A stretch of DNA of 64,000 nucleotides, from positions 25,606,001 through 25,670,000 of the forward strand of contig CM074512.1 of the NCBI GenBank assembly GCA_037379345.1, given 5' to 3'. Below the pieces are notes generated by a model, which worked only from the letters and a program-made list of their open reading frames with translations, was not told where the DNA came from and did no database searches. The position numbers and the translations under genes were made by a program. Shown here in pieces: positions 13,855 through 27,957 of this stretch (its first letter is position 1; each line of letters starts with the position of its first letter). This stretch comes from Perna viridis (Eukaryota).

Positions 13855-16800
13855 CATAACTGTGCTTTTATATAACCTACATGTATGCACACATTTTTCT
13901 ATTTCTCCTTTAAGTTGGCTTTTTCAGATATAATGTGTACATTATGTGGGAAACTGTGAAGTGTGCCAACACAGTTAATGTATTTGTAAAGCTCCATACC
14001 TTGACTATATACATGTACTTTGATAAGATGATTCATGGATATTCTCATCTCACTCTTGTCCTATGTTTCTATAATAAATACTTTAGATTTTCTATCAGTG
14101 CCAGCCTATGATTACTACCTTATCAGATTGGCTTCTGTGGCTCAGTGGTAAGATTGTCCATATAAGTGATGATTATTCACTGATAAAATTGATTCATCTT
14201 TTCTTTAGATAGACTGTAGAAAAGAAATGGTTATGTTTTTCGAATGTCTTGGTAGAAAATGGCATATTTGTCATACTGATGTTTTTTGGTTAATGAGATT
14301 GGTCATAGAGTACTTTACTACTGAAGTTAGCTTAGGTCCTGAATTAAACATGTAAAAGTCTACCATAGTTAATGGATGAGAGTGTTGTTGTGATGCTTGA
14401 TATATATGTGTAATGTATTACAATTGTAATGCCAGTATCTTGACGAGAAGGACATTTATAGCTATTAGTTATTTCAATTTTATTTTCAGGAAAATAATTC
14501 TTTAAAAGGAACTAGTCTTTAATGATGCTTTGTATTTTGTTATTCCCTACAGTTAAAGATGGGGTGGTTGCTTTTCATCTTAATCAGGGTTCATTTTTAA
14601 TTAATTTTGATGAATGACAGTTGTCCTCCTACATGGTTTAATAGTTTATTGCTCTAAGTTGGTGGTCTGACTTAAATAATTCATTAGGTTTTTTTTATAG
14701 TTTTTCTTAATATTTGGTGTATGTAGGAGGCTAACAAACGTTGATGGCATTGTTTGATACTGATTCCAATTTCAGTTCCATTGTTATTATCGACAAACTT
14801 TGGATAACAATACCTTATCAAAAAAGGAATCACTGTATTGCATGCTAGATCTTCATAATCAGGAAGAACCATAGAACAAACAGGAATCTATATGAATAAT
14901 GGATTCCATGAAATACTACTGAAGATTGGCTGGCTAGATTGTAAAGGAATTAATTACTGGTGTTACACTCATCACTGACCAAGTACAAAGATACCATATA
15001 GAGAGTACTAATTAGTGGACACCATCTTTTGTTATTCAGTCTCACTTCATTGTTTGTATAGTATGTGGAAGTCCTGTTCTGTGGTTTATGTTTGTACTGG
15101 TCAGAGAGTAGATCTCACCATTTCCAATCCAGAACTGATTCTTGCCAATCTGCTCACCAAAATGTTATTCCTCGATGAAAATCGTAGTATGATGTTTTAG
15201 AGCAAAATATCAGCAATCTGTTGGAAGTTTTATCTTAAATTTTGGGCATGAACTTGTTTCACAGGAGAGGACGGAAAAAACTGATGGGGAGAATTGCTTG
15301 CCAGCAAGAATTACTCCTTGACCAGGACATAAAAAGAAAGAGACACATTGCATTTTTTATATGCCTGTCAATTTTGATAAGATGTATTTTTGTATACTGC
15401 TGTCTGTCCTCTGTCCATCAGTTGCAAACACTTCCTACAATAACTTCAAAACTCTTAAAGCCATTTACATAAAACCTTCGTCAATTGTTCATATAGATGG
15501 AAGAAAATTCTTTTTTATTTTGCATTAATTTTGAACATTTAGTTTTTGAGTTATAGGATTTTATGCCTTTATAAAAAGGGGTGGTGGTTTTTCTGTTTTT
15601 GTGCTCTAACTGAATGACATTTTCAGCAAATGTCATAAAACTTTAGGATATTCTTTGTATCTATGGTCAAAGGACTCCTTTCTTTTACTATAAAATTTCA
15701 ATTTCACTTTTTATTTCAATTTTTTGGGCACATATCATAAAAAAGGTGGGTGGTTGTTGTACTCTAATAGAAATATGCTTTTAGCGTTTACTACCATACT
15801 GAAGGCTTTTCTTGTGTTAACTGTAACATGTAATGTTAGGCATATCATGCTCTCATGGGGCAGCTCTTTATTAATACCATAATTTTACTGAATTACCAAA
15901 AACCATGAAAATTGGACAACATATACAAAATTCTTTCACATTAAATTGGAGTAAGAATTAGTATTAGCCTAATTTTTATGACTAAGTTATGTAGATAGAT
16001 TTTAGTGCTGAACATGGTGATCTAAATTCTATTGGGACATGAATAAGTTTACATTAGCATTATGTAATAGGGACTAATGAGCATTTTTACATGCCTTTAA
16101 TTGAATTATCTGCCTTCTAGAAAATCTGCTATGTGATTCCTAGAAAACACATTTAAAGGTACCTCTTCCCATGATCAATAGATCAAGTAATCTATTACAG
16201 AATTAATTCTCATTCCTGTGGGCAGTCAACATCCAAGACAAATTTAACATCAGCATTTTTGGCGGCAAATTAAATAGAGTATTGACAAATCAGTGGGTTA
16301 TAATAGTATAAATTGACAAACTGAACAATCTAAGAAGAGTTTCTATCTAACTGATCATTTATCTTAAGTGCCTTACAGAGTTTCCCTAATGTTATGGCAA
16401 TTTTTGTTGTTGTGATTTATGCCCTTGTTTGAATAATTTGTCAATTGTGATTCAGAAAGGAAATGTAGAGTTTCCTCTTTCTGTTTTTCTATGTATTCTT
16501 TACTGTCTAAATATACATGCAAAATGCAGATTTGTTTTGTAACTATGAACAATCCTCTTAAGAAAAGTAAACTTAGCTATCCATCTATTGACCATATATT
16601 GTTAATCACAAGGTTGTCTGGATACATCTTATAGGACATATGAATAATGAAACTTCTTATTTGGAATAATATTAGTTGTTTGCCAGAGCTGTTGGTTTTA
16701 TTAGAAAGTTTGATCAAAATGCCAGTCTTATGTAACTAAATGCTATGTAACAGTAGTATTGTAGCTATAAAAGCCTTTAGAAGGGTAGGATGCTTTGTAA

Positions 16801-19072
16801 TTGGTTTTATATTGTGTTCTGTGGTAAAGGTTATTGTCTTTAATGGGAATATTGTCTGTATAACATTGTCTATGGAAGTATTTACTAGCTGAATAAGTCT
16901 TGATTTACTTCTTCACTTAAAATGATTGCTCTAACCACTCAAAGGGATGTCTTTGCCAGATATTCATTGCTTTGATAGATATAATGTCCCTGTTCAAGGA
17001 CTCATGTGAGGTACTGACAGGAGGTAAAGGAAATGAAAGAAACTATTTTTCCTATCCTTGAACACAATTTGTTGTTTTTCTTAACTTGTTTGTCATTAAT
17101 ATACTGTTGTTGCCCAACTTCAGAATTATCATAGTTAATTAGAAAAATAATTTTATTTCTTGTTCTGGTCTTTTTACACAAGCATCTTTAAAAAGTAATT
17201 TTAGATAAACAGCTGAAAAAAGAACAATTTGTTTGTCCTTCATGTCGCACTATGGTTGATTTACTATATTGAAGAAGTTTAGTTGGTAAAAATATACACA
17301 TGTACAACAGTTGATTTTGAAATAACTGCTATACATGTATATTTATCTTTATATCCCCATTTGCAAAATCTGTGATATATAGTGATAGTGATTTTTTGGG
17401 AAAAATAGAGCTTGCTTTGTTATCACAATAATTTAAGTAAAACTTTCATTATGAAAGCATTCTCTTGCTGATGTGTCTCAGTATTACAAAACCTAAATCT
17501 TCATTAAACCACATCTCAATTGGTGGGTGGTATCACTTCATTCCATCTGTCTGTATTTGAAGTTACAACTATCTCTACTCTCAATGGATTGATTGATTTG
17601 AAATTTAGTCTGTGTCTTTATATAGATGGTGCATACATTATAAATAATTTTTATTGCTGTCCTATATCATCATCCAGTTTCATAAGAGTAAGGGCATATC
17701 TAGCAACTTGGTAAAATTGCCATAATTAATGCAGACATTTTCTTTTATTTTATAGTGGTGGTGGTAATGTAATGTTTAAGTTCTAATTATATTTTATTAA
17801 AAGATTGAGTTTGGAGAGGTATTTCAGATTTTGCATTCTACTGACTTCAAACATAATGCTCCCATCTAGCTCATTAGTCAAATATAAGAAAAATCAATTT
17901 TAGGAAACATAGCATTTATCTAGTTTGTTATACCCTTACAGAACATTGGTTTTCTTTATAAATACTGGCTTTAATATACTTCAGTTTTACTTCTGAAATG
18001 TAATAAAAAAGTTTAAGACCAGACAAATGTCAAATCTAAGCGTAGTAATTTCTGAAGAAAAGTTTATTATTTTCATGAAAATACATTTAAATTTGCAAGG
18101 AGAATTTAATGTTATATCAACAAGTCAATTTCTTGACAGATATTTCCATTAGAAGTTGGCCAGCCAATTTGATTTTACGGAATGAGTATATGAGTCAAGC
18201 AAATCAGAAACTGGAATTAGAAATTGATTCCTAATGTTAATACTAGGATATAATCAACAGTGTTATTAAATCTAGTGCTTTGTTGCAATGCAATACAAAC
18301 TTGTGGGCTGACAGTATGTGTGCTTGAATTGATATGCATTAAAGTATAAAGTCAATCGAAATTTTCTGCTTATTCAATATCATTAGATTGGAATTGACAG
18401 GTAATTTAGTTCTAATTTGATTTATAGCAGTACTTTCCCTAAATTTGATACTGTAGTTTGTCTTGGCTAATCATCCATACTTAGCAGTATAATTTATTTA
18501 TTTCTGTATCTACCTTGGTTTATTTTACCTTATATCATGTGTTACATGATGTAAATACTTTTACACTGCTTTCAGTTTATATGTATTCTCTCATTTAAAA
18601 TTGAGGTTTGTAGGTAGCCAAGTACTAGTACAGTATAACTCATGAAACAAATAATTTTTTTTTTCTTTCACCTGATGAACTTGTCTGACATAGTTAAACA
18701 TTGCTGTGTCTGCTGTTAGATTGACACCTTGGGATATGAAGTTTGAGACAACTTGAGATTTTGAATTTTTTATAAATATTTTATTTGAACTCAAGGTTAA
18801 GTTGTACAGAAACAAATGTATTTGTTATCAATATATTTCATATGAAATTGTGGAACTGATTAGGGTTATATGACACCATTCGTACCATATCACTTACATT
18901 ATTCATTTTGAAAAAATCAGTAATAATTTCTGATGTCTTTGGTGCTTTTTCATCTAAACTAAAAAAGTTTTTGTAGCCATTTTAGATTTATAAAACAGTA
19001 AGATTTTAAATGTTATTGGAGTTGTCTTTGACTTACTACATTTAAGGTTTCATTAAATTGTTTCTTTTGTAG

Positions 19073-19228
19073 AGAAGACACCGACGGAGGTCACATTCCA
19101 TGGAGGCCAGTACTTAATGTATAACTTTGTAAAGGACAATGTGACAGATAACAGTCATCAGAGTACCCAAGATACCATCGATCTTTATTTCCGCACCCAA
19201 CAACCTAACGGATTACTCTTCTTTATAG
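19073..19228 (+). CDS. NRXN: Neurexin exon 2: LNS2 start (EKTPTEVTFHGGQYLMY...FRTQQPNGLLFFIG)
   Basis: tttcttttgtag| acceptor, G|gtatga donor, phase 1-1, 156 nt; matches neurexin LNS2 motifs. Confidence 0.93.
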
Positions 19229-19920
19229 GTATGAAAATCATATTTAATCATCAAACGTTAATGACAAGAGTGAAAGCAAAGCTGAGCTGTCGGATTATGA
19301 TCATTGTATAGATGAGATAATTGTATAATCAGATTCCTGTATATATAGCTTTTTGCAACGAAGTAGAAAATCTGGAAGCCAGTTCTGTTTTATTGATTTG
19401 TGCAAATCACCTTAAAATGGAACAATGGAAATCTATTTTATATGTACCCTACTGGTATAATAAATGTCAATGAAATGGAATATTTTTGCTCATCTTTGAA
19501 GTTTTAATGTCTATTTTATCAAGACACTGTGTTTTTTGTTGATTATTGAGATGCAGTAGTAAACTTTTACTCAGTTATTTGGCACCATTTCAGACTTTCT
19601 CTTGGAATCTTTTTGACAGGAGTTCTCACTTGATTTGATAATATACACTTAATAAAACAAGTTTACTTCATGTAAAATTTGGGTACAGAAGTCCTTTGAT
19701 GTGTTCATTAAAAGACAGATGTGATTTTTTTAGTGAGGAGATCAGGTTTTTGTAAACATGAGTTGAATCAGAACTCATAACTTAAGTTGAAAAAAACCTA
19801 AAGTGCTAAGTTGCCAAGCTCTAATTTAAACTGTTCCAGGTACACATTTTTGTTTTTTTTTTTCTTGCCTCTAATATTCATTTATCTTCCTTGCTGGATT
19901 CATCAGAATCATTATTATAT

Positions 19921-20073
19921 TTCGTTGACAATGCTGACAGTGTTGCAGTTTTCGTTGACAATGCTGACAGTGTTGCAGTTTTCGTTGACAATGCTGACAG
20001 TGTTGCAGTTTTCGTTGACAATGCTGACAGTGTTGCAGTTTTCGTTGACAATGCTGACAGTGTTGCAGTTTTC
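19921..20073. repeat. Minisatellite, 30-bp unit, 5 perfect copies
   Basis: ttcgttgacaatgctgacagtgttgcagtt. Confidence 0.97.
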
Positions 20074-20758
20074 AATGCAGATGAATTTCTTCTTGTCAAA
20101 TTAAATATCATGGTAGTTAATGACATCATTGATTTAATGCTCTGTCATATAAGACCAGAATGGAGATTAAAATCTAACAGGCTTGATTTAGTATCAGACT
20201 TATTGGTTTATTTATGTAGCACATGAAAGTAAAAATATACCATATTGCTTCTATTCTTTCTTTGCTAACACATTGTCATATGAAGGCAAAATTGTTTCTA
20301 GTTACAGTGAACCTTCTATTTTATTGTGGTATACCTGTAACATTCATGGGTGAATTTTTTTTATAGTATTCGATTTGGCTTGTGCAGATTTTCTGACAAA
20401 AAAAATACAGAAATGGTGAAAATAAAGACATTGAGGATACAGTGAATCACCATGTACCTGCATTAAGTTTGTTTTTAAAAAATGGGCAAAATGGTCCCAT
20501 AGCTCCCAAGATATTATGTTAAAATTATAACCATTAGCAGTTTAATATACTAATTAAGGGATGAGATGATGTAATTTCTTCAGTAGGACTTCTGCCATTG
20601 AGACTTAGGATTGAACATTTAAGTAATTTAATCTTTCTTACTTTTCGTGTTTTTGATTGGATTCTTGATTTCAAGATTCCATAGGAAATATGTACCCACC
20701 AATAATGAATGTACTGCTGTGAATGATACTGATTATAGTATACTCTCTTTTAACACAG

Positions 20759-20919
20759 GTGATCAGACTGACCACATTATGATATCAGTTAGAAATGGTG
20801 CTGTGTCAGTAAGGGTAAACCTAGGGTCAGGAGCCTGGGATCAACAGCTACCATCCAATGACTATAGGTTTGATGACAACCAATGGCATCATGTGCTAGT
20901 CAGGAGAACATCTAGAGAG
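20759..20919 (+). CDS. NRXN: Neurexin exon 3: LNS2 (GDQTDHIMIS...VNLGSG...FDDNQWHHVLVRRTSRE)
   Basis: acacag| acceptor, |gtataa donor at phase 0, the position equivalent to vertebrate SS2. Confidence 0.94.
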
Positions 20920-22049
20920 GTATAAATCATCTCTTCATTACTATGATACTTTTTCTTTGTTTATACTGCACCTATTTATTTACTTGCATTGATGATCCTG
21001 CCATGCCTATTACCTATAACATTACAAAATTAACTTTATCTCTTTTGCACTTGCTTTATGGATTTTCCATTGTTGGAGTAATGTAAAAAGTCACTTGGGT
21101 AGAATTATGATAGCATTAACATTGAGAATTTTCCTGGTCCTTAGAAAAACTGAAAGACATTTTATTCTTTCATCACTTGATACTTGTATATTTTAATGCC
21201 ACTGCCTGAAGGCATTTATACACTAACTTTTGCTGCTGTCTGTATGTAGTGTCCCCAATAAATTTTCATCACAGAAGTGTCAGCAACATTTCATGGGAAT
21301 TATTTTAAATTTGGTAAGCAGCCTCATTTTTATGGACTTTTTTAATTGTTTGTGAACCCACCTCCTGTTTGCCAGTATGATTCAATTTTTTTTAAGGTAA
21401 CTAATCCAAGACATCTCTGCAACCCTTTATGGGAATTTAAATTCAGGTTTGCAAGTTCATTTTAGTTGGGTGTAGTGTGTGTGAACCTTTTGGCTAGATT
21501 GGACATCTACTTCTTGTTCGGCTGAACAAATTTTTGCTTATTTTTTAAAGTAAATGTAAATTTTCAGAACAAAATTTTGACAACCCTTCGTTGGAATTAT
21601 TAGAATTTGTGTGTGCCTCTTGAGCTTAACATGTTGTACTGTGTGTAAACTTTTTTGGCTCGGTCAATTTCCTGTTTGCTTGAACATTTATTTTTTTTTT
21701 AGCTTTTTAGGGTTTCTTTACTTATGGTCACAAAAATCCCAGCAATTCTTCTTGACAAAGATTTGAAATTGGTATGCAGCTTCATCTTGATGAATTGTTT
21801 TTGGACTCCCTGTTTGCAGAAACAATTTGTTGCTTTTGTAGTATGTCTGGTCCAAAAACCTTTTTTGAGACTTCTGTCTTATTGATTTTATATTTTGTTC
21901 CTGTTTATTGTTTCTATTAATTTAAGGTATGTCTTGGTATTTATGTCCTATGGATTCATCTCATCTGTATGAATCATGGCCACTTTACTCAGAATTCTGT
22001 TGTTCCAAATGGCTTCCTATTTACCTTTTGTTATTTCTTGAAAATTCTT

Positions 22050-23025
22050 GTTCACTTATTTCTTGTTCTACCTAGATTCCTGTTCACTCTTCATTGTTTA
22101 TTTTCCATTCTATTTAGCCCTTAGTTATTTCATCCTGATCTTAATAGTTTGTAATGAAAATAAAATGGTTTCTGTTCATCTTTTGCTGTATATCTCTAAG
22201 ATTCCAGCTCACCCTTTGTTGTTTCATCCAGATTCTTGATCACCTTTAGTTGTTTATGCTTCATTCTATTTATTCCTTAGTTGTTTCACTCTGATCTTAA
22301 TTGTTTGTAATGAAAATGAAATGGTTTCTGTTCATCTTTTGTTGTATATCTCTAAGATTCCTGTTCACCCTTTGTTGTTTCATCCAGATTTCTGTTCACT
22401 CTTTGTTGTGTCATCCAGATTCTTTTTCAACCTTTGTTGTTTTATCCAGATTCCTTCTCACTCTTTGTTGTTTCATCCAGATTCCTGCTCACCCTTTGTT
22501 GTTTTATCCAGATTTCTGTTCACCTGTTGTTGTTTTATCTCTAAGATTCCTGCTCACTCTTTGTTGTGTCATTCAGATTCCTTCTCACTCTTTGTTGTTT
22601 TGTCCAGATACCTGCTCACCCTTTGTTGTTTTATCCAGATTCCTGCTCACCCTTTGTTGTTTTGTCCAGATACCTGCTCACCCTTTGTTGTTTTATCCAG
22701 ATTCCTGCTCACCCTTTGTTGTTTTATCCAGATACCTGCTCACCCTTTGTTGTTTTATCCAGATTCTTGCTCACCCTTTGTTGTTTTGTCCAGATACCTG
22801 CTCACCCTCTGTTGTTTTATCCAGATTCCTGCTCACCCTTTGTTGTTTCATCCAGATACCTGCTCACCCTCTGTTGTTTTATCCAGATTCCTTCTCACTC
22901 TTTGTTGTTTTGTCCAGATACCTGCTCCCCCTTTGTTGTTTCATCCAGATTCCTTCTCACTTTTTGTTGTTTCATCAGATTCTTGCTCACCCTATCTTGT
23001 TTCACGCATATTCCTGTTCACCCAA
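22050..23025. repeat. Pyrimidine-rich minisatellite, 31-bp unit, more than 20 copies, degenerate at the 5' end
   Basis: ccagattcctgctcaccctttgttgttttat. Confidence 0.95.
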
Positions 23026-24467
23026 CTTTGTTTATCTCCAATTCCTTCCAGCCCTTGAGTGTTTTGCCATAATCTGCAATGGCTGAAAACAAAGTTTTGA
23101 TATGACTGCAAACCATTTATCAAATGACAATGTTTTTTTTTGAAATTATAACAATTAAATTTAGTGTAATGCATGAGTTTTAAACTATTGATGAAGGTTT
23201 GATGCTCTCAAAGAAAGTCAGTTTTTTTAGTTTTGACAGAAAGGGTTGGAATCAATTAGAAATTACCCAAAACCCTGGCTTTAAATATTTGATTTCATTA
23301 GAAATTGATTTTCTGTATGAAGAATGCTGTATCACTTTCTCATGATGGTTTCAATTTCAGGAATTTGATTGAAAATCAGATAAATGGGCTGTAATGTCCA
23401 TTGAATTGATAGGTTTCAGTAATCTGAGATGACATGACCTGAAACAGAATCAAACATAGTATGAGATGCATTTGGAAAGTAGTTCATATTTTGTAAATAT
23501 TTTTATGCCATCACTTTGAGTTGGGGTATAAAGTGATGGGAGTGTCCTTCCTTCCTTCTGTTTGTACTTCTTCCTTCCATTACTCAAAGGGGTACCCATC
23601 TCTTATCTATTACTCTCCCAATACCACTGATGATAAATTAATGAATTTATTGCTTATTACCATTGTGCACGTCATATTTTAGATTTTGATCCGAAACAAT
23701 GTTGAGGTCTAAAGGTACATGTTGGAAGGGGTATCAAGTTGGTGAGCAATGCTCACAGTTTTTTTCTAGTTTTTGAAAGTAAGGTGAGGTAAAAAATTTC
23801 AGTTATAAAATTTGCAACCATTGTATCCACTTCTTACTTTAAAAAGTGTTATATTGAATTAGCTGCACATATGTAGCTCTGAAAATCACCCCTTTTTTAC
23901 CTGCATTGTCCAAGGTGAAAGTCTAGAAGTATGGTCTCTCAGTCTGTCCATGTGTCGATGTGTAACACAATGATACATCAGGTCCTCAATAACTATTGAA
24001 CAGAAATTCGTGAAACTTGGTATGTAGCATATGTAGTTTAGTTTTTCTTTATCAGGAAATTTTGATTCTCTAATTTTTATGGGAGTTATACCCTTTTGAA
24101 CTTAGAAATTTACTGTAAACCATCATGTATCAGCTTGTAATTGTAACTCCTCTGAAACTACAAAAAAATTCATTACAAATAGCAGAAAAAATCAAATCAA
24201 AAATATTCTGGCCATTCTAAAATACCTATGCCAGGCCAAGCCAGCCCTGTCTAATGGGACCAGTCAATTTTTAGAGTATGCTGTGAAAAACTTAAATTGT
24301 AGTATTTTACTTTTTATTCTATTTCAAGTCGACTATAGATTGGGAACTCCAAGCCAAAAACAAAACTGAGACCAGGCTGTGTTTTTTTTAAAGTATGTCC
24401 TTTTCAAGAATACTTCTAGACTTACACGGCTTGCTTCAATTTGTAATGAACAGCCTGTTGAAGCTTT

Positions 24468-24687
24468 TGACAGGATTATCTGACATATGACGGGATTATC
24501 TGACATATGACAGGATTATCTGGCATATGACAGGATTATCTGACATATGACAGGATTGTCTGACATATGATAGGATTGTCTGACATATGACAGGATTATC
24601 TGGCATATGACAGGATTATCTGACATATGACAGGATTATCTGACATATGACAAGATTATCTGGCATATGACAGGATTATCTGACATA
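24468..24687. repeat. Minisatellite, 20-bp unit, ~11 copies
   Basis: tgacaggattatctgacata. Confidence 0.96.
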
Positions 24688-25316
24688 AACCCTGATAAAT
24701 TTACTAATAAATTTATTTCTACATTGACTATTGCTATGCTTCTTTCTTATTAAGTACATTTTTTTGGCCCTAGGTTGATATACATTATATATGATTGTGA
24801 CAATATCTTGCCTTTAGCTATCCTTATTCTACTGGAGCCAAATTCAATACAGATCAACCCATGCTAATGAGTACTTTTTCTAAGCTATAGATGAATCCTC
24901 AGTGCAGATTATGTTGCATGTATTACCAAATAGGCATGGTATTGTCTTATTTATCTACATGCTTTATTCATGTATTAGATTTTATTCAGTATTTTAGAGA
25001 TTTAATTATAGATGTCGATCATCAATCTTAGTTAGGCATACATTCAAATGAAACAACAATAAAAATATACGTGTTGTTTTGTTTGTGTCTAGATTTCTGT
25101 GATATTATACAGAAACTGTTTTTGTTTTTTTTACATATTCAGTAATTACAAGTATTATTTCAAAACACATTTGCAATATTAGAAGAAAGATAGCTTTTGG
25201 TGGATTACTAATGTGTCCCGGAGTTAGAAAATGTGCAAGATTATTATCTCCTCTTAACTAACTACACCAATTTGGAGTCTTTGCTATATTGTATATTAAT
25301 TTGATCTGATTTGTTA

Positions 25317-25526
25317 TACTGTGAAAGTACTTTAATTCATGGATACCAATTTTCGGGGATTAGGAAAGAAACACAAGTTCCTGGATTCTTGAATTTCTGG
25401 TTTTGAAGTTTTAAGTATACGCATCAATGGAAATCTCCTTTTGGTTGGGAACCAAATTTCGTGGTTTGACCTACCCATGGAAACCATGGAAATTGGTACC
25501 CCTTAAACAATGGTATTTTCACAGTG
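25317..25526 (-). mobile_element. ~205-bp MITE (TIR tactgtgaaagta), inverted relative to the other copies
   Basis: Its start equals the reverse complement of the end of the 26221 copy; TIRs at both ends. Confidence 0.8.
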
Positions 25527-25914
25527 ATGTTATGCCAACAGATTATACAATTTATTTGGAATAAAAATTTAAAAAATTAAGAAACTTTTTAAAAAAATTT
25601 CTATAATTAGTAGTATTGGCAGATTTTTTTGTCTTGATGTTAATGTCATAAGGATATATAATAGCAATGAAAACCAAATGAGAATTAGCTGATAGTGCAA
25701 AATTTATATTAGAATTTTTCATTGATGTCAGTTTATTCTATACAATGTTCAGTATTATGCAGTGTTATCATACTGCACCCAGCTTTTTTATTTAGATATT
25801 GAATGCTTACTTAATGTACAAGTTATGATATTGCTTGCATGTTCCAGCAGGGCACCTTTCAATCTAAATTTGTGCACTTTTATAGTAGTTTTTGGTGTTT
25901 TTCTTTGCCACCAG

Positions 25915-25941
25915 CTCACTCCAGGGAATGCTAGAGCAGTA
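25915..25941 (+). CDS. NRXN: Predicted 27-nt alternatively spliced microexon (LTPGNARAV) in LNS2, SS2-equivalent
   Basis: gtttttctttgccaccag| acceptor, consensus |gtaagt donor, phase 0-0, no stop codon; TGCATG motifs on both sides. Confidence 0.72.
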
Positions 25942-26220
25942 GTAAGTAGGCATGACCCATCACTGCACGCTTAGTTTAGTTATCCTGCATGAATCTTTAT
26001 TCCCAACAATAGATCTCAGCGTGATACTCAGCTGTAAGGAATTGTCAGTGTTAAAGGTCATTAAGTCTTGAGGTACACAAAAGGAAATCACACAAAAACA
26101 AAAAACAAAAAACGGATGAATTGCTGTTTTGTTAATATCATTCTAATCATTTTTATGGAAAAAAAGACAACCTCCATATAAATTTTACTGATGTCTCTAA
26201 AATAAGTCATGTGGAAACTA

Positions 26221-26424
26221 TACTGTGAAAGTGTTATTGTTCGCTGGCACCAATTTTCGTGGTTTCCATGGGAAGGCCAAACCACTAAATTTAGTTCCAA
26301 ACGAAAAAGAGATTTGAATTGAAGTGTATACTGAAAAATCTTGCAATCACAAATTATAGGATCCACGAACTTGTGTTTCTTCCCTTATCCATGAAAATTG
26401 GTATCTATAAGTACTTTCAGAGTA
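26221..26424 (+). mobile_element. ~205-bp MITE (TIR tactgtgaaagt)
   Basis: tactgtgaaagt...agtactttcagagta; shares the internal accaattttcgtgg motif with the other copies. Confidence 0.8.
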
Positions 26425-26429
26425 TTCCA

Positions 26430-27222
26430 TTTTAGCTCACTTGGCTGAAGGCCATGTGAGCTATTGCCATCACTGGCTGTTCATCGTCTTCTGTCATTGT
26501 CATTGTCCTTTAATAATTTTTAATAATCTTCTTCTCAGAAACTACTGAGCAGAATTATATGAAACTTTGCACAGATGTTCCTTGGAGTATCTTGCTCAAA
26601 AGTTCTATCTAAAGTGATGAGATCTATATATGGTCAAATTTTCATTTTAATCTGTTAAGCCATGTTGGACTTATTGCCCTTTTTGATGTTGTTTTTTTTG
26701 CTATTTTTAATGTTATTTCTTTCAAAAATCTTCTGACAACCAATAGGAGCCAAACTTGGTATGGATGTTCCTTGGGGTATCCTGCATAGAACTGATGTGG
26801 AGATTTTTTATCCATCAAAAACATGGCTACTGTTACTAAAAAAGGAACATAGGGGTCAGACTATAGTTTTTTTGCATATTGTATCTCCAAAACTGTTTCG
26901 TTTAGCCAAATTCCTACAATTGCTGAAATGATCCTTTTTGTAAGGACAACAAAAATCTGCATGGATTAAAGTTGTCAGGTGACTGCTTGTAAGAGTTATT
27001 GCCCTTGAAAATGAAAAATGACTTTTTTTTCAGTTTTTAGCCAATATCTTGAAAACTATGATAGATAGAAAGAAACTTTGAATTGTGGAAATGATCCTTA
27101 TGATAAGTCCTACCAAAGTCTTTTTGAGTCAAAATTGTTAGAGAACTTCTTTTTAAATTTATTGCCATTGAAAGACAAAATTTAACCAGGTGAACGATTC
27201 AGGCTCCTGGGAGCCTCTTGTT
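26430..27222 (+). mobile_element. Helentron-associated non-autonomous element (HINE/DINE-1-like)
   Basis: 5' ttttagctcac..gtgagct inverted repeat, GTC-like microsatellite, 3' caggtgaacga plus hairpin aggctc/gagcct, T-rich flanks. Confidence 0.7.
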
Positions 27223-27957
27223 TTTGAACGCCTTCAAGTTTTCACAAATATATATCGGCATGTTAATTAGGTACTTAGATTTCTGAAGATATTTATTTTG
27301 GCCAGTAATATACTGATAATAGGTAATTGATAAAAGACATGTTTAAGGTGTGAATCAATAAGATTCTGGCTAAATAAAAGTTCAGTAAGTATAAGTGAAC
27401 GATTTATTGTTTGAAATTCAGTTATTTCAATTTGATAAATATCTGATTCTTTAAATAATGAAGTTTCATTTCAAGATATAATGTTGCTATATTTTTTTTT
27501 ATATTAAAAACTTTGATATTCAGCACGTTTAGTAGTATATGTTGTTTGTGAAATGCTTTTTGGCCTGTGATTCTGGTACTATGGATTTATGACACCTTTA
27601 TTAAAGACAACTATCAAATGTGATATGTATTGATGTCCCTTGTAAGATACAAAGTCAACAAGGAAATATTTCTTGAAAAGATAACCAAAGCAAACCAGTA
27701 TGAATAAAGATTATTTTCTTATTTCTTATTTTTATTGTAAATTACTCATAAATATGACCATTCTCTATAACAATAATGTTTAACATCATGAAACACCTTT
27801 GAACAGATCATTTGTAACATGCCTTTGACTAAAAAGTCAGCATCCAACAAAGTATGTTGTCATTTGCATGTGTTTTTGCCCACTGTTGAATTTCTAATTT
27901 AGCTTTCCAAATTTCTATAGGCTAAGTAAACATTATTTTGCTTCTTGTTCAAAGAAT

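Noticed and set aside
10257-19072. SS1-type microexons after EGF1
   Set aside because: No candidate with both strong splice sites and the correct phase found by eye; cannot be excluded without RNA data.
19811-20226. Repetitive ORFs (VAVFVDNADS)n and (TATLSALSTK)n
   Set aside because: 30-bp minisatellite with no splice support.
22301-23086. Three overlapping 168-261 aa ORFs
   Set aside because: Artefact of a stop-free 31-bp minisatellite read in all three frames.
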